From Verrucomicrobiota bacterium (GTDB lineage: Bacteria > Verrucomicrobiota > Verrucomicrobiia > Limisphaerales > RI-55): a DNA stretch of 64,000 nt. The position numbers and the translations under genes are program-made. Where the stretch lies: positions 10,516 through 74,515 of the forward strand of contig JBDNGP010000028.1 of assembly GCA_041689265.1 (NCBI GenBank), written 5' to 3'. A model generated the notes under the pieces. That model did no database searches and was not told where the DNA came from. It saw only the letters and a program-made list of their open reading frames with translations. Of this stretch, positions 28,495-40,793 are shown piece after piece (the first letter of the stretch is position 1; every line of letters begins with the position of its first letter).

Positions 28495-31400
28495 ATGGAT
28501 GACTCATCTGAAATGACGCCGACTACACATACCTGTACCGAGTGCGGCCGGGTGTTGTCGTCGAATTCGTTGGGCGACCGTTGTCCCAGTTGCCTGTTGT
28601 TGCTCGCGCTGACTCCGCCGCCCGAGGAATTCATCGAAGAAACGCCGGTGCTGCCGCAAGGAACGGCGGCCGCCGAACGGCGTTTCTTCGGTTCGTATGA
28701 ACTGGTCTCGGAGATCGCGCGCGGCGGCATGGGCGTGGTGTATCGCGCCCGGCAGTTTGATCCCGAACGCGAGGTCGCGTTGAAAATGATTCATCCGGCA
28801 GGACGTGCGACGCCGGCCGCGCGGCTCCGTTTTCAGGTCGAAGTGGCCGCAGTCGCGCGACTGCATCATCCGCGCATCGTCTCGCTCTACGAAAGCGGTG
28901 AGCAGGAAGGTGTCTGCTACTACACGATGCGGCTGATCCAGGGTGCGGGACTGGATGAATGCCTGGCCGATCGAAAGCTGGCGGGCGATCCGGCGACGCG
29001 CGTGGACCTGTTGATCAAGGTCGCGCACGCCGTTCATTACGCGCATGAACGCGGCATCCTTCACCGCGACCTGAAACCGTCAAACATTCTCATCGATGCC
29101 GATGGCGAACCATGCATCGCGGACTTCGGCCTGGCGAAGTTCCAGGAATCTGACGCCGGACTCACGCAGGACCAGTCGGTTCTGGGTTCGCCGAGTTACA
29201 TGGCGCCCGAGCAGGCCGCCGGCAAAGGCGACGCGGTCACGACCTCCGCCGACATCTACAGTCTCGGCGCAATCCTCTACGAGCTGCTGACCGGCACCCC
29301 GCCCTTTCTCGCCCGCACGCCGTTGGAGACCCTGCGGCAGGTCGTCGAGCAACCTCCGCTTCCACTGCGAAAACGAGTACTGGGATTGTCCCGCGATCTG
29401 GAGTCCATCTGCCTGAAAGCGTTGGAAAAGGAACCGTCGAGACGTTACTCGTCGGCGCTCGCACTGGCCGAAGATCTCGAACGCTGGCGACGCGGCGAAC
29501 CGGTGCAGACACGGCCGGTCTCCACGATGGAATCCGCCTGGCGCTGGTGCCTGCGCAAACCGGCGTGGGCGGCGTTGCTGGGGGTCAGCCTGTTGTCGCT
29601 GCTTACGCTTTCGGTCGGGTCCACACTCGTGGCGCGCCGTCTGCAACTGGCCAGCGACGAGACGCATCAGGTGGTCCGGCGTCTTCAGCTGGAGAATGCA
29701 GAGGGCTATCTGGCCGGCGATGAAACCGCGAAGGGACTGGCGGTGCTAGCGCATCTCCTGCGCGATCAACTGGACGACGACGTGGTGGGCACCAGGCTCA
29801 TGTCCGCTTTGAGCCAGCGCTCGTTCGCCGTGCCATTGGTCAGTCCATGGGGCAGCGGCGCGGAAGTGCTCGCAGTCGGGTTCACAACCGACGGGCAATT
29901 CTCCACCGGCGTCGCCCGCAATGGCGCGTTCCGACGGCTTGAACTGGCCACCGGCCAGACGTGGGATGCGGCCCTCGCGGGGCCGGATGAATGGTTGTCG
30001 GCTGCCGCCATCCATGAGAACGGCGAACTGGCTGCATCCGCTCATGCCGACGGATCTGTCCGGCTGTGGCGAACTGCGAAACCGCAGGTGTCAATTGCCG
30101 TGTTGGTTCACGAATCACCGGTGAGGCTGCTGCTCTTCAACCGCGACGCCACCATGCTGGCCACGGTGGATCAGCAAAACACGGTTCGTTGGTGGCGATC
30201 AGCCGCCGGACGCGGCTGGACCGGGACCCGGCTGCCAATCCCGACCGACGACACTGTCAACTCCGTGGACTTCAGTCCGGACGGCAGCTGGTTTGCGAGC
30301 GTATCGGAGTCTGGCGTTCTGTCTCTTTTGCCGGTGACAGACGGTGCGGAAAAACCTCTCCAATTTAATCTCCCCGGTCGTGGTGAGATGCTTGCGTTTG
30401 ATCCCGCGAGCCGTCGATTGGCGGTCGCCTCCGGCTGGAGCGCATTGACGATCTGGGCGCTCGACGATCTGGATGCGTCCCCCATGCGTTTGGTCCTGGA
30501 GACAACCTGCACCGATCTGGAGTTTAGTCCAGACGGTCGGTTCCTCGCTGCCGCAGGTTGGTCCTCTCACAATCGGGCATTCGTCTGGGACACTACTACC
30601 GGCGCACAAATCGGACCGCAATTGCTTCATCAGGGCAATGTGACGTCGGTGAAGTTCAGTCCGGACGGCCGGGAGCTGATGACGCAGGGGCACGACCACA
30701 GGGGACGCCGTTGGGATACGGTCAACTGGCAGCCTCTGGGCGCGACGCTGGTTCACATAACGGCGCCGTTGCAGGTGGCTTACGATGCCACCGGACGTCG
30801 ACTGGTAACCGGCAGCTACTCCGGTGTGGCGTGGTGGGATTTGTCTCCACCGGCCGGCAAACCAATTCTGCTTGCACATGCTGACCGGGTCATCCGTGGC
30901 GAATTTTCGCCCGACGGCTCCACCGTGGCCACCGGCACCACGGCTGGCCGTGTCCATTTGTGGAACGTGGGTGATCGCTCACTCAGGCGGGTAATCCAGG
31001 CACAGCAGGACGCCGTGCTTTCCCTGCGCTACAACCACGGTGGCGATCAATTTCTCACCTTCGGTATTAAAGGAACGGTAAGAATCTGGGATGCCGGAAC
31101 CGGTCAGGCCACGGGGTTCCCTCTTACTCATCCGGCACCTATTTACAGCGCAATATTCTCCTCCGATGACCAACGGCTGCTTACGGCCGGAACGGACGGT
31201 ATTGCGCGCTTGTGGAATGGCGCTTCGGGAGAGCGGACCGGGCCCGACATGAATCATGGCGCTCCATTGATCGGGGCTGAATTTGATCAGGGAGGGAAAC
31301 GAATCGTCACCTATGGCGAAAACCGCGAGCTTCGATTGTGGGATGCGCAAACGGGCCGGCCGGTGGGGACACCGTTGCTGTTTGGCAGCGTGGTGCGTCA

Positions 31401-32049
31401 TGCAGATTTTAGCTCCGACGGTCAATGGCTCGTCGCAGCGGGACAGGAAACCCATGTGGGCTTGTGGGAGGCCGCGACCGGCAGATTTGCGGGTGAGCCG
31501 CTGCGGCATCAAAACTCGGTTCTTATGGCCGCATTCAGTCCGGATTCCGCCTGGCTTGCCTCGGCTTCGACAGATTCCACCGCGCAGGTTGTGCGGCTGG
31601 GCGCGGGGACGGCTCCGGTCCTGATACAACACTCCGCCAGCGTGACGCAACTCAGCTTCAGCCCGGACAGCCGCTGGTTGTTGACCTGCTCGCAGGATGG
31701 CAGGACCCGCGTCTGGGATCCGGCGACGGGATCGCCGGTGTCGGAGCCGCTGCAAAGTGATGACTCGTCGGAAATTTGGGCGGCATTCAGCCCGGACGCA
31801 TCGTTGGTCCTGACGGTTGGTGGCGACCGAAACGCCAGGCTGTGGCCGGTTCCAAAATATCGCAGTGCGTTCGGACCGACCCTCGCCACCGTGGCGGAAG
31901 CCGTGGGTCGGATGACGGTGGGAAAAGAAAATTTGTTCCTGATCGCCCAACCGCCTGATTGGGAATCGTTGCCCAAACCTCTTGATCTGTCGAAAATGCT
32001 TTATCCTCCCACCGATGGGCGCCGTCAGGAACCGGGCGGTCACCACTGA
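28495..32049 (+). CDS. Hanks-type Ser/Thr protein kinase with TM segment and WD40-repeat sensor
   Basis: N-terminal CxxC...CxxC; IARGGMGVVY, VALK, HRDLKPSN, DFG, YMAPE, DIYSLG; TM helix; many FSPDG...W(D/N) repeats. Confidence 0.95.
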   Translation: MDDSSEMTPTTHTCTECGRVLSSNSLGDRCPSCLLLLALTPPPEEFIEETPVLPQGTAAAERRFFGSYELVSEIARGGMGVVYRARQFDPEREVALKMIHPAGRATPAARLRFQVEVAAVARLHHPRIVSLYESGEQEGVCYYTMRLIQGAGLDECLADRKLAGDPATRVDLLIKVAHAVHYAHERGILHRDLKPSNILIDADGEPCIADFGLAKFQESDAGLTQDQSVLGSPSYMAPEQAAGKGDAVTTSADIYSLGAILYELLTGTPPFLARTPLETLRQVVEQPPLPLRKRVLGLSRDLESICLKALEKEPSRRYSSALALAEDLERWRRGEPVQTRPVSTMESAWRWCLRKPAWAALLGVSLLSLLTLSVGSTLVARRLQLASDETHQVVRRLQLENAEGYLAGDETAKGLAVLAHLLRDQLDDDVVGTRLMSALSQRSFAVPLVSPWGSGAEVLAVGFTTDGQFSTGVARNGAFRRLELATGQTWDAALAGPDEWLSAAAIHENGELAASAHADGSVRLWRTAKPQVSIAVLVHESPVRLLLFNRDATMLATVDQQNTVRWWRSAAGRGWTGTRLPIPTDDTVNSVDFSPDGSWFASVSESGVLSLLPVTDGAEKPLQFNLPGRGEMLAFDPASRRLAVASGWSALTIWALDDLDASPMRLVLETTCTDLEFSPDGRFLAAAGWSSHNRAFVWDTTTGAQIGPQLLHQGNVTSVKFSPDGRELMTQGHDHRGRRWDTVNWQPLGATLVHITAPLQVAYDATGRRLVTGSYSGVAWWDLSPPAGKPILLAHADRVIRGEFSPDGSTVATGTTAGRVHLWNVGDRSLRRVIQAQQDAVLSLRYNHGGDQFLTFGIKGTVRIWDAGTGQATGFPLTHPAPIYSAIFSSDDQRLLTAGTDGIARLWNGASGERTGPDMNHGAPLIGAEFDQGGKRIVTYGENRELRLWDAQTGRPVGTPLLFGSVVRHADFSSDGQWLVAAGQETHVGLWEAATGRFAGEPLRHQNSVLMAAFSPDSAWLASASTDSTAQVVRLGAGTAPVLIQHSASVTQLSFSPDSRWLLTCSQDGRTRVWDPATGSPVSEPLQSDDSSEIWAAFSPDASLVLTVGGDRNARLWPVPKYRSAFGPTLATVAEAVGRMTVGKENLFLIAQPPDWESLPKPLDLSKMLYPPTDGRRQEPGGHH

Positions 32050-32219
32050 CTGTGATAGTTCCCGGTCAGCGCCGCCGGCACGTTGGTTCCTCGTTTCTGC
32101 GGCAGTTGCGTATTTGCCGCTTCAGTCAGCCCACTGGACGAAGATCTGCGAGGAGAAGATTCAGGTGAATCGCGCTGATGCAGCGCTACCAACTTGTTGC
32201 CGCACCTGTGGTTAAAGAA

Positions 32220-32294
32220 TGGAGCCAATGGTCGGGATTGAACCGACGACCTGCGGTTTACGAAACCGCTGCTCTACCACTGAGCTACATTGGC
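32220..32294 (-). tRNA. tRNA-Thr(CGT)
   Basis: GCCAATGTAGCTCAGTGGTAGAGCAGCGGTTTCGTAAACCGCAGGTCGTCGGTTCAATCCCGACCATTGGCTCCA; full cloverleaf, anticodon CGT, encoded CCA. Confidence 0.97.
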
Positions 32295-32308
32295 TTCCGA
32301 AGCGGCAG

Positions 32309-32336
32309 AAAATAGTGCGCCTGCCGGATACGGCAA
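32309..32336 (-). promoter_or_regulatory. Candidate sigma-70 promoter of tRNA-Thr
   Basis: TTGCCG-N16-TATTTT ending 14 nt upstream of the tRNA 5' end. Confidence 0.4.
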
Positions 32337-32479
32337 GCACTTTTCCTGTCGCGCTTGAGAATCTTGTCTGCTCAGCCCGCAAACCCCATCCATGAAAGCC
32401 GCAGATTTTCGTCCAGGAACAACTGGTATGAGCAATATTAAAGTCGTTGCCCCCGTCCATCTCCGGCTGTGCCGGCCGC

Positions 32480-34483
<2,004 letters not shown>

Positions 34484-34596
34484 AAATTCAATGTGGGTTC
34501 CCAGCCATCTTTATGAATCCGCCGTTGAGCGTCAACGTTTGGATCATTTTCAGGAAATATATTGCCGCCCTACAGCCCGCTTCCTAAGGTCGGTCC

Positions 34597-35487
34597 GTGC
34601 CGGTTAGTTTCACCATTTTGGGCAGTGGTTCCGGGGGCAATTGCGCCTACCTGGAGACGGATGACGTGCGCCTGCTCATCGACGTCGGCTTCAGCGGACG
34701 CCAGATCCGCAACCGACTCGCCAGCATCGGTCGCTCGCCCGAAACGCTCACCGGCATCCTGCTCACCCACGAACACAGCGATCACACGCAAGGGCTTGGG
34801 ATGATCGCCGCGAAGTTGAACATTCCGCTCTATTGCAATCGCCTCACTCGTGAAGCGGTGGAGAACCAGTTCAAGGTTCAATTCGATTGCCGGATTTTTT
34901 CAACGGGTGCGTCGTTTGAAATTGGCGATGTCGAGGTCGGCACATTTTCCGTCCCGCACGACGCGTATGATCCGGTCGGTTTTTTGATACAAACCAACGG
35001 GGGTAACATCGGCTTCCTCACGGATCTGGGTCACGCGACGAAGGCAGTCATTGATCGCGTGAAACCTTCGAACGTCCTCGTGCTCGAAACGAACTACGAT
35101 CTCAAGTTGCTTCAAGAAGACACCAAACGACCCTGGAGCATCAAGCAACGCATCATGAGCCGGCACGGGCACCTCTCGAACGATGCCGCGGCCGAGGTAT
35201 TGGAACAGGTCGCGTCCGATGATTTGCGTCAGGTTTACTGCGGGCACCTGAGCCGGGATTGCAACACCCCGGAACTGTCCACTCAGGTCGTCAGTGAAAA
35301 GCTGAAATCCATCGGTGCGAAGGGAATTCAAGTATCACCCACTTCGCAGAAGGAACCTTGCCCGAGCATTGATTTGAATTGGGCGCGGAAAGGCAAACCC
35401 GACGCACCCGCCGCCAATCCCGTTCCCCAAGTTGTCCAATCGCCCTTCGATGGTCTGAACGGCACCCCCGCCCTGCCCGGTTTTTGA
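34597..35487 (+). CDS. Metallo-beta-lactamase-fold hydrolase (YycJ/WalJ-like)
   Basis: LGSGSGGN, THEHSDH, PHDA, TDLG, LETNYD, GHLSN, HLSRDCN. Confidence 0.9.
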   Translation: MPVSFTILGSGSGGNCAYLETDDVRLLIDVGFSGRQIRNRLASIGRSPETLTGILLTHEHSDHTQGLGMIAAKLNIPLYCNRLTREAVENQFKVQFDCRIFSTGASFEIGDVEVGTFSVPHDAYDPVGFLIQTNGGNIGFLTDLGHATKAVIDRVKPSNVLVLETNYDLKLLQEDTKRPWSIKQRIMSRHGHLSNDAAAEVLEQVASDDLRQVYCGHLSRDCNTPELSTQVVSEKLKSIGAKGIQVSPTSQKEPCPSIDLNWARKGKPDAPAANPVPQVVQSPFDGLNGTPALPGF

Positions 35488-35499
35488 AAAAGAAATTTC

Positions 35500-35859
35500 A
35501 TGAAGCTCGAACTCCGCAAAACGTTTCAATTTGAAGCCGCCCATCTTCTCCCGCATCTGCCCGAGGATCACAAATGCCGGCGGCTCCACGGCCACAGTTT
35601 CCAGGTGGAAGTCGTCGTGGAAGGCGAGAACGATCCGAAGCTCGGCTGGGTGATGGACTACGCCGATATTTCCTCCGCGTTCAATCCGCTCTGGAAACAG
35701 CTCGATCATTTCTATCTGAACGAAATCCCCGGCCTGGAAAATCCCACCAGCGAAAACGTCGCCGTCTGGATCTGGGACCGCCTGTGCCCCGAACTGCCGC
35801 TCCTGAAAGAAATCGTCGTGGCCGAAACCTGCACCGCCCGCTGCGTATATCGCGGTTGA
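35500..35859 (+). CDS. queD: 6-carboxy-5,6,7,8-tetrahydropterin synthase
   Basis: FEAAH, CRRLHGHS, LDHFYLN, NPTSEN, ETCTA. Confidence 0.95.
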   Translation: MKLELRKTFQFEAAHLLPHLPEDHKCRRLHGHSFQVEVVVEGENDPKLGWVMDYADISSAFNPLWKQLDHFYLNEIPGLENPTSENVAVWIWDRLCPELPLLKEIVVAETCTARCVYRG

Positions 35860-35972
35860 TGAAACGCTCCGGGGCACACGGTTATCAGCCGGACGAACAC
35901 GGTGAAGGGCGAACTCAACTGCGTCTGGTTTCCGGCTGAAGACCTGAACCTCCGCGCGCGCCGCCGCACGTA

Positions 35973-36548
35973 TTATTGCGTCTCGGGGATGTAGCAACCG
36001 ACCGCCTTGGTGGTGCGCGGTTCCAGTTTTTCCCCCGCCAAAACAGCGTCGAGTGTGTCGCGAAGATCAGACTCGGTGGCGGCCGGTCTTCGTTTTCCCA
36101 GCGCCGCCTGCCGATCGTCGATGCGTCCCCGATAAACCAGTTTTCCGTCCGGCAGGAGCACAGCTGCTTCCGGTGTCATTTCAGCACCGGTGCGTTTCAC
36201 GAGCTCGTGCTTCCGGTCAATGATCACGGGCATGGTGTAGCCGTAATCCTTCGCGTGTCGTCGCGCCTTTTCCACTTTGAGATCCGGGTCGACCTGAACC
36301 AAGTAAACCGCCACATCGCGATCCTTGTAATCCTGATAAATCCTTTCGATCTCCGGCGCATAGGAATTGGCCACCGGGCAGGTGTGCCACACGAAAACAA
36401 GAACGGTCGCCTTGTGATTCGCCGTATCAAGCGGGTGCTGTTGCAAGCCCGCCAGATCCACGTACTCCGGACCGGCATCCGCCGCGCCCGCGTGGCCACC
36501 TGTCGCGAGCAATATCGCCGCTATGGTGATCAATCGTTTTGCGTTCAT
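35973..36548 (-). CDS. Secreted redoxin/AhpC-TSA family protein
   Basis: Signal peptide; CPVAN, TPEA, YRGRIDD, AVGCYI. Confidence 0.85.
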   Translation of the reverse strand: MNAKRLITIAAILLATGGHAGAADAGPEYVDLAGLQQHPLDTANHKATVLVFVWHTCPVANSYAPEIERIYQDYKDRDVAVYLVQVDPDLKVEKARRHAKDYGYTMPVIIDRKHELVKRTGAEMTPEAAVLLPDGKLVYRGRIDDRQAALGKRRPAATESDLRDTLDAVLAGEKLEPRTTKAVGCYIPETQ

Positions 36549-36692
36549 ATTCTCGGACAACACTACGTGAAGTCGGCAGCGATTGCATGCCAATTATTGA
36601 GCAAGTCCCTTCCATAATTGTGCTCCGACCTGTACCAAAAAAGGCGGACAAATCTCCGTCGGCAACCCACCATGTCCCCCGTTTAAGAAACC

Positions 36693-37457
36693 ATGACACG
36701 CCGGAAACAAATTTACGTGCTCGCGGTCGCCGGTGCGTTTGCCGTCGTCGCAGCCATCATTTTCGGGGTGACTTTTTTCGGCGAACCGCGATTCGATGAG
36801 CTGTCCTTGAGTCAATGGCTGTTGGATCCACACGTGAGCGAACCGGATCGGAGGCATGCGGTGCGGGCGATTGGAACAAATGCGATTCCGTATTTTCAAG
36901 AATGGCTGGAGGGGAAGCCCAAGTGGCTGGAAACGACGGTCAGTCGAATCAACGGCGCGCAACACCATTTCCAGTTTGACTACACGCCGCACGTGGACCG
37001 GCAGCTCGCCGCCATGCACGGTTTCTTTAATCTGGAGGAGCTCGCGCAACCGGCGGATCCGTGGTTCCGGAAGGGGTTGGAAAAGCAGGACTCCCTGTTT
37101 CTGTTTTACGCAGAGGCACTCATTTCATCGCGCGGCGAGGGGCTGAACGTGTTGCTCTCACTTTATTCGAGTTTGAGTTACACAGAAAAATTTCAAATTG
37201 TTTACTCGGTCTTTTTCAGCCTGAAGCAGCAACCGGAACTGGCGGAAACCTACCTGCGGTTCATGAACGACCCCGACCCGACAATTCAATCCGACGCCAT
37301 CCAATTGCTGAAGAATCTGAAGCAATGCCCACCCGAGCTTCTGGCAGAACTCATCGTCCTTCAGGAAGACCCGAAAGTGGCGCCGCTCGCAAAGAGTATG
37401 CTCGACCATTTTTCGCAACCTGAATTCGAGCCGGTCCAGCCGAACCAAGATCAGTGA
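36693..37457 (+). CDS. Hypothetical membrane-anchored protein, HEAT-like
   Basis: N-terminal TM; AVRAIGTNAIP and DPDPTIQSDA HEAT-like segments. Confidence 0.65.
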   Translation: MTRRKQIYVLAVAGAFAVVAAIIFGVTFFGEPRFDELSLSQWLLDPHVSEPDRRHAVRAIGTNAIPYFQEWLEGKPKWLETTVSRINGAQHHFQFDYTPHVDRQLAAMHGFFNLEELAQPADPWFRKGLEKQDSLFLFYAEALISSRGEGLNVLLSLYSSLSYTEKFQIVYSVFFSLKQQPELAETYLRFMNDPDPTIQSDAIQLLKNLKQCPPELLAELIVLQEDPKVAPLAKSMLDHFSQPEFEPVQPNQDQ

Positions 37458-37962
37458 ATTGAACCTCGTTTCCGCCTAACAATCCGACGATCTCGAGACT
37501 TTTTGGAAGCCTTTCGGAACCGGTCATTTCTACCGTCAAATGAGCCGACCTTCCAGCCCGTGATCCAATGACAGCTGTTAAAAAGTTCCTTCTACAGTCA
37601 GTTGGTTACAACCCGTTGGAGATTAGAGGGATGAGTATTGTGACGGAATGTCTTTTGACAGCAACGGTGGGAATAACTATCTCTTGATACAACAACTGAA
37701 GGGATTTTTTACGGGCTTGTTCAAGAAGCCGTTCGGGCCATCCCGGGTCTTCCCATTCGTTCCAGTTGACGAGTCGTTCCAAAGTAGTATTCCGAATTGA
37801 AACTGGCGTTGCCGTACCCGGCTGCCGGCTTGTTCAAGCCGTCGGCCAGCGGGAGGTATCGTACGTTCATTTCGATTTTTGGAAAGGGCGTTCGATCAAC
37901 GCCCGTGCCGGTCAGACGTGCCAACAAACTAGAATGACATGTTCCAGTAGGAGCCAAACAAT

Positions 37963-39456
37963 ATGCCACCCACACTAACTTATCCCGGAGTTTACATCGA
38001 GGAAGTCCCCAGCGGCGTCCGCACCATCAGCGGGGTCGCCACCTCCATCGCGCTGTTCATCGGATGGGCCGCCCGCGGCCCCACGGATCGCGCAGTTCGC
38101 CTGACGAGCTTTTCCGATTTGGAGCGGCAATTCGGCGGGCTTGATCTGCGCACGCTTCTGCCCTACTCGGTGAAGCAATTCTACGACAACGGCGGCGGCG
38201 ACGCCTACGTGCTGCGCATCGCGGACGCGGCCACCTCCGATTCCGCTTCTGCGGTGGTGGGCGATCTTACCTACACCGCCAGTTCCCCCGGTGCCTGGGC
38301 CAACTCTTACAGCATCCGCACCACACCCCGCGCCGTGCCGAATGCCGACCGCTTCCGACTGGATGTGATTTTCGAGCCAGCCAACAACGCGGTGGTCGAA
38401 TCGTTCGAAAACCTGTCTGCGAGCGCGGCTGACCCGCGTTATATCGAAACGATGGTCAACCGGCGCTCACAGTTCATCTCAGTGGCCGCGGCCGCGGCCG
38501 CAGCGGCGCCCGGGCTGGCTACGACTCCTCTTGATAACGACACCGCAGGTGACGATGGCAACGTCCTCGGACCCGCAGATGCCGCCTTTCGGACGGCACT
38601 GCTCGCATTGTTCGGCTTGGGCACGATCACGGATCGAATCGACCTTTTTAATCTGGTCTGTGTCCCCGGTCTGATCGATGCATCGACCATCACCACGCTG
38701 CAAGGACACTGCCGCCGCCGTCGCGCCTTTCTAATCGTGGACAGTCCGGACGGTGAAACGGTCTCCAACATGCCCGGCAATGTAACTCCGTTGGCCGGCC
38801 CCGACGGGATGAATGCCGCGTTGTTTTATCCCTGGGTGCGTTCGCCCGATCCGATACAGGAACGCGCGCTGCGCGATTTCCCTCCGTGCGGGTTCGTGGC
38901 CGGCGTGTGTGCGCGAACGGACGCGCAACGCGGGGTTTGGAAAGCCCCGGCCGGGAGCGAAGCCGGTCTCAACGGCGCTGCGGGCCTCGCCATTGTAATG
39001 AGTGAGGCTGAGAACGGTCAGTTGAATCCGCTGGGGATCAACTGCCTGCGCACACTTCCAGTGTTCGGCTCCGTTCTGTGGGGTGCTCGAACTCTGCACG
39101 GCGACAACGCCCGCGGTTCCGAATGGAAATACATCCCGGTCCGGCGCACGGCGTTGTTCATCGAAGAGAGTCTTTATCGCGGCACGCAGTGGGTCGTGTT
39201 CGAACCCAATGATGAACCACTCTGGGCCCAGATCCGGCTGAATATCGGTGCTTTCCTGCAGAACCTATTTCGTCAGGGTGCGTTTCAAGGCCGGACGCCG
39301 CGCGAGGCTTACTTCGTGAAGTGCGATTCCGAGACCACCACCCAGAACGACATCAACCAGGGTATCGTCAACATTCACGTGGGATTTGCTCCGCTGAAAC
39401 CCGCCGAGTTTGTCGTCCTTCGCATCCAGCAGATTGCCGGTCAACTTGAATCCTGA
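37963..39456 (+). CDS. Contractile tail sheath protein (eCIS)
   Basis: YPGVYIEE, PPCGFVAG, RGVWKAPAG, LNPLGINCLR, WGARTL, EWKYIPVRR, VFEPND, APLKPAEFV. Confidence 0.97.
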   Translation: MPPTLTYPGVYIEEVPSGVRTISGVATSIALFIGWAARGPTDRAVRLTSFSDLERQFGGLDLRTLLPYSVKQFYDNGGGDAYVLRIADAATSDSASAVVGDLTYTASSPGAWANSYSIRTTPRAVPNADRFRLDVIFEPANNAVVESFENLSASAADPRYIETMVNRRSQFISVAAAAAAAAPGLATTPLDNDTAGDDGNVLGPADAAFRTALLALFGLGTITDRIDLFNLVCVPGLIDASTITTLQGHCRRRRAFLIVDSPDGETVSNMPGNVTPLAGPDGMNAALFYPWVRSPDPIQERALRDFPPCGFVAGVCARTDAQRGVWKAPAGSEAGLNGAAGLAIVMSEAENGQLNPLGINCLRTLPVFGSVLWGARTLHGDNARGSEWKYIPVRRTALFIEESLYRGTQWVVFEPNDEPLWAQIRLNIGAFLQNLFRQGAFQGRTPREAYFVKCDSETTTQNDINQGIVNIHVGFAPLKPAEFVVLRIQQIAGQLES

Positions 39457-39470
39457 ACCCCAAAAAAGCC

Positions 39471-39995
39471 ATGGCACAATTTAGCGTCAACGCGAACCGA
39501 TTCGATCCCTACAAAAACTTCAAATTCCGTGTGAAATGGGACGGCCGCTACGTGGCCGGCGTCAGCAAAATGGGCGCACTCAAGCGGACCACCGAGGTCG
39601 TGAAACACCGCGAAGGCGGCGACCCCAGTTCGAGCCGAAAATCTCCCGGGCGGACGGAGTTCGAAGCCATCAGCCTGGAACGCGGCGTCACCCATGACAC
39701 CGAGTTTGAGAAATGGGCCAACAAGGTCTGGAACTTCGGTTCCGGTCTCGGCGCGGAGGTGTCCCTGAAGGACTTCCGCAAGGACCTCATCATCGAAGTT
39801 TACAACGAAGCGGGCCAGCAGGTTCTCGCGTACAAGGTTTACCGTTGCTGGGTTTCTGAATTCCAAGCACAGGCGGATCTGGACGCCAACGCCAACGCGA
39901 TCCTGATCCAGTCGCTCAAGCTGGAGAACGAAGGTTGGGAACGCGACTACGACGTAACCGAGCCGGCCGAGCCGTCGTTCGTCGAACCGGCCTGA
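39471..39995 (+). CDS. Tail tube protein (T4 gp19-like, Afp1/5-like)
   Basis: DPYKNFKFRV, REGG, KSPGRTEFEAISLERG, LDANANAILIQSLKL. Confidence 0.95.
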   Translation: MAQFSVNANRFDPYKNFKFRVKWDGRYVAGVSKMGALKRTTEVVKHREGGDPSSSRKSPGRTEFEAISLERGVTHDTEFEKWANKVWNFGSGLGAEVSLKDFRKDLIIEVYNEAGQQVLAYKVYRCWVSEFQAQADLDANANAILIQSLKLENEGWERDYDVTEPAEPSFVEPA

Positions 39996-40058
39996 TGAAA
40001 GGAGCCATCGACGTTGGAGCGCGGACGACACGTCCGCCAAGTTCCAATTTCTGTGATC

Positions 40059-40793
40059 ATGCGCGCACTCACTGAACCGGACATTCTGAACCTGTGGGAT
40101 CAGGCCGCGAACCAGCATCCGCTCGATCGGGCCTTGACGATTCTGCAGGCGGCAGACCCGGCGATGGAACGGGCGTCCGCAGCACGGCGGACGATCGGCG
40201 AACGTGACCGCCAATTGCTACACGTCAGCGAGTCGACTTTTGGTCCCGTGATGGACGTTGTGACTCATTGCCCGAAGTGCGCCGGGGAGATCGAATTCCA
40301 GTTTCAGACCGACGAAATTCATGCACCGAAGAGCGCCGCCGCCCGGCCGGTTCATGAACTGATTCACGAAGATTGGCGCGTCCGGTTCAGGTTGCCCGAC
40401 AGCCGGGACCTCGCTGCGCTTTTGCAGACGGACGAAACGCAAGATCCGGAGCAGCGGCTAATGTCGCGTTGCCTGATATCTGCGGAATGCGACAGAGCGA
40501 ACCGCGACGCGGCGGATGTGCCGACGTCGTTGTGGGACGACCTGTCCGTCGAGATGTCGAAGCTCGATCCGCAGGCAGAAATTGATTTTTCACTCGCGTG
40601 CCCCGCGTGCGGCCATCAGTGGAAGGCGTGGTTCGATATCGCGGATTTTCTCTGGCGCAAAGTTTCCGTGACAGCGCAGCTGTTGCTGCGGGAAGTGGAC
40701 GCACTGGCCCGCACCTATCATTGGAGCGAATCGCAGATCCTCGCGCTCAGCCCGGCCCGGCGTCGGGCCTATCTCGAACTGATCCAAACATGA
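40059..40793 (+). CDS. eCIS-associated protein with two CxxC motifs (T4 gp26/baseplate-hub-like or assembly chaperone)
   Basis: CPKC, FRLP, LDPQAE, CPACG, LARTYHWSESQILALSPARRRAYL; start set at ATG 40059. Confidence 0.7.
   Translation: MRALTEPDILNLWDQAANQHPLDRALTILQAADPAMERASAARRTIGERDRQLLHVSESTFGPVMDVVTHCPKCAGEIEFQFQTDEIHAPKSAAARPVHELIHEDWRVRFRLPDSRDLAALLQTDETQDPEQRLMSRCLISAECDRANRDAADVPTSLWDDLSVEMSKLDPQAEIDFSLACPACGHQWKAWFDIADFLWRKVSVTAQLLLREVDALARTYHWSESQILALSPARRRAYLELIQT

Noticed and set aside
32050-32219. att site or integrase remnant next to the tRNA
   Set aside because: No duplicated tRNA 3' end and no recombinase motif found.
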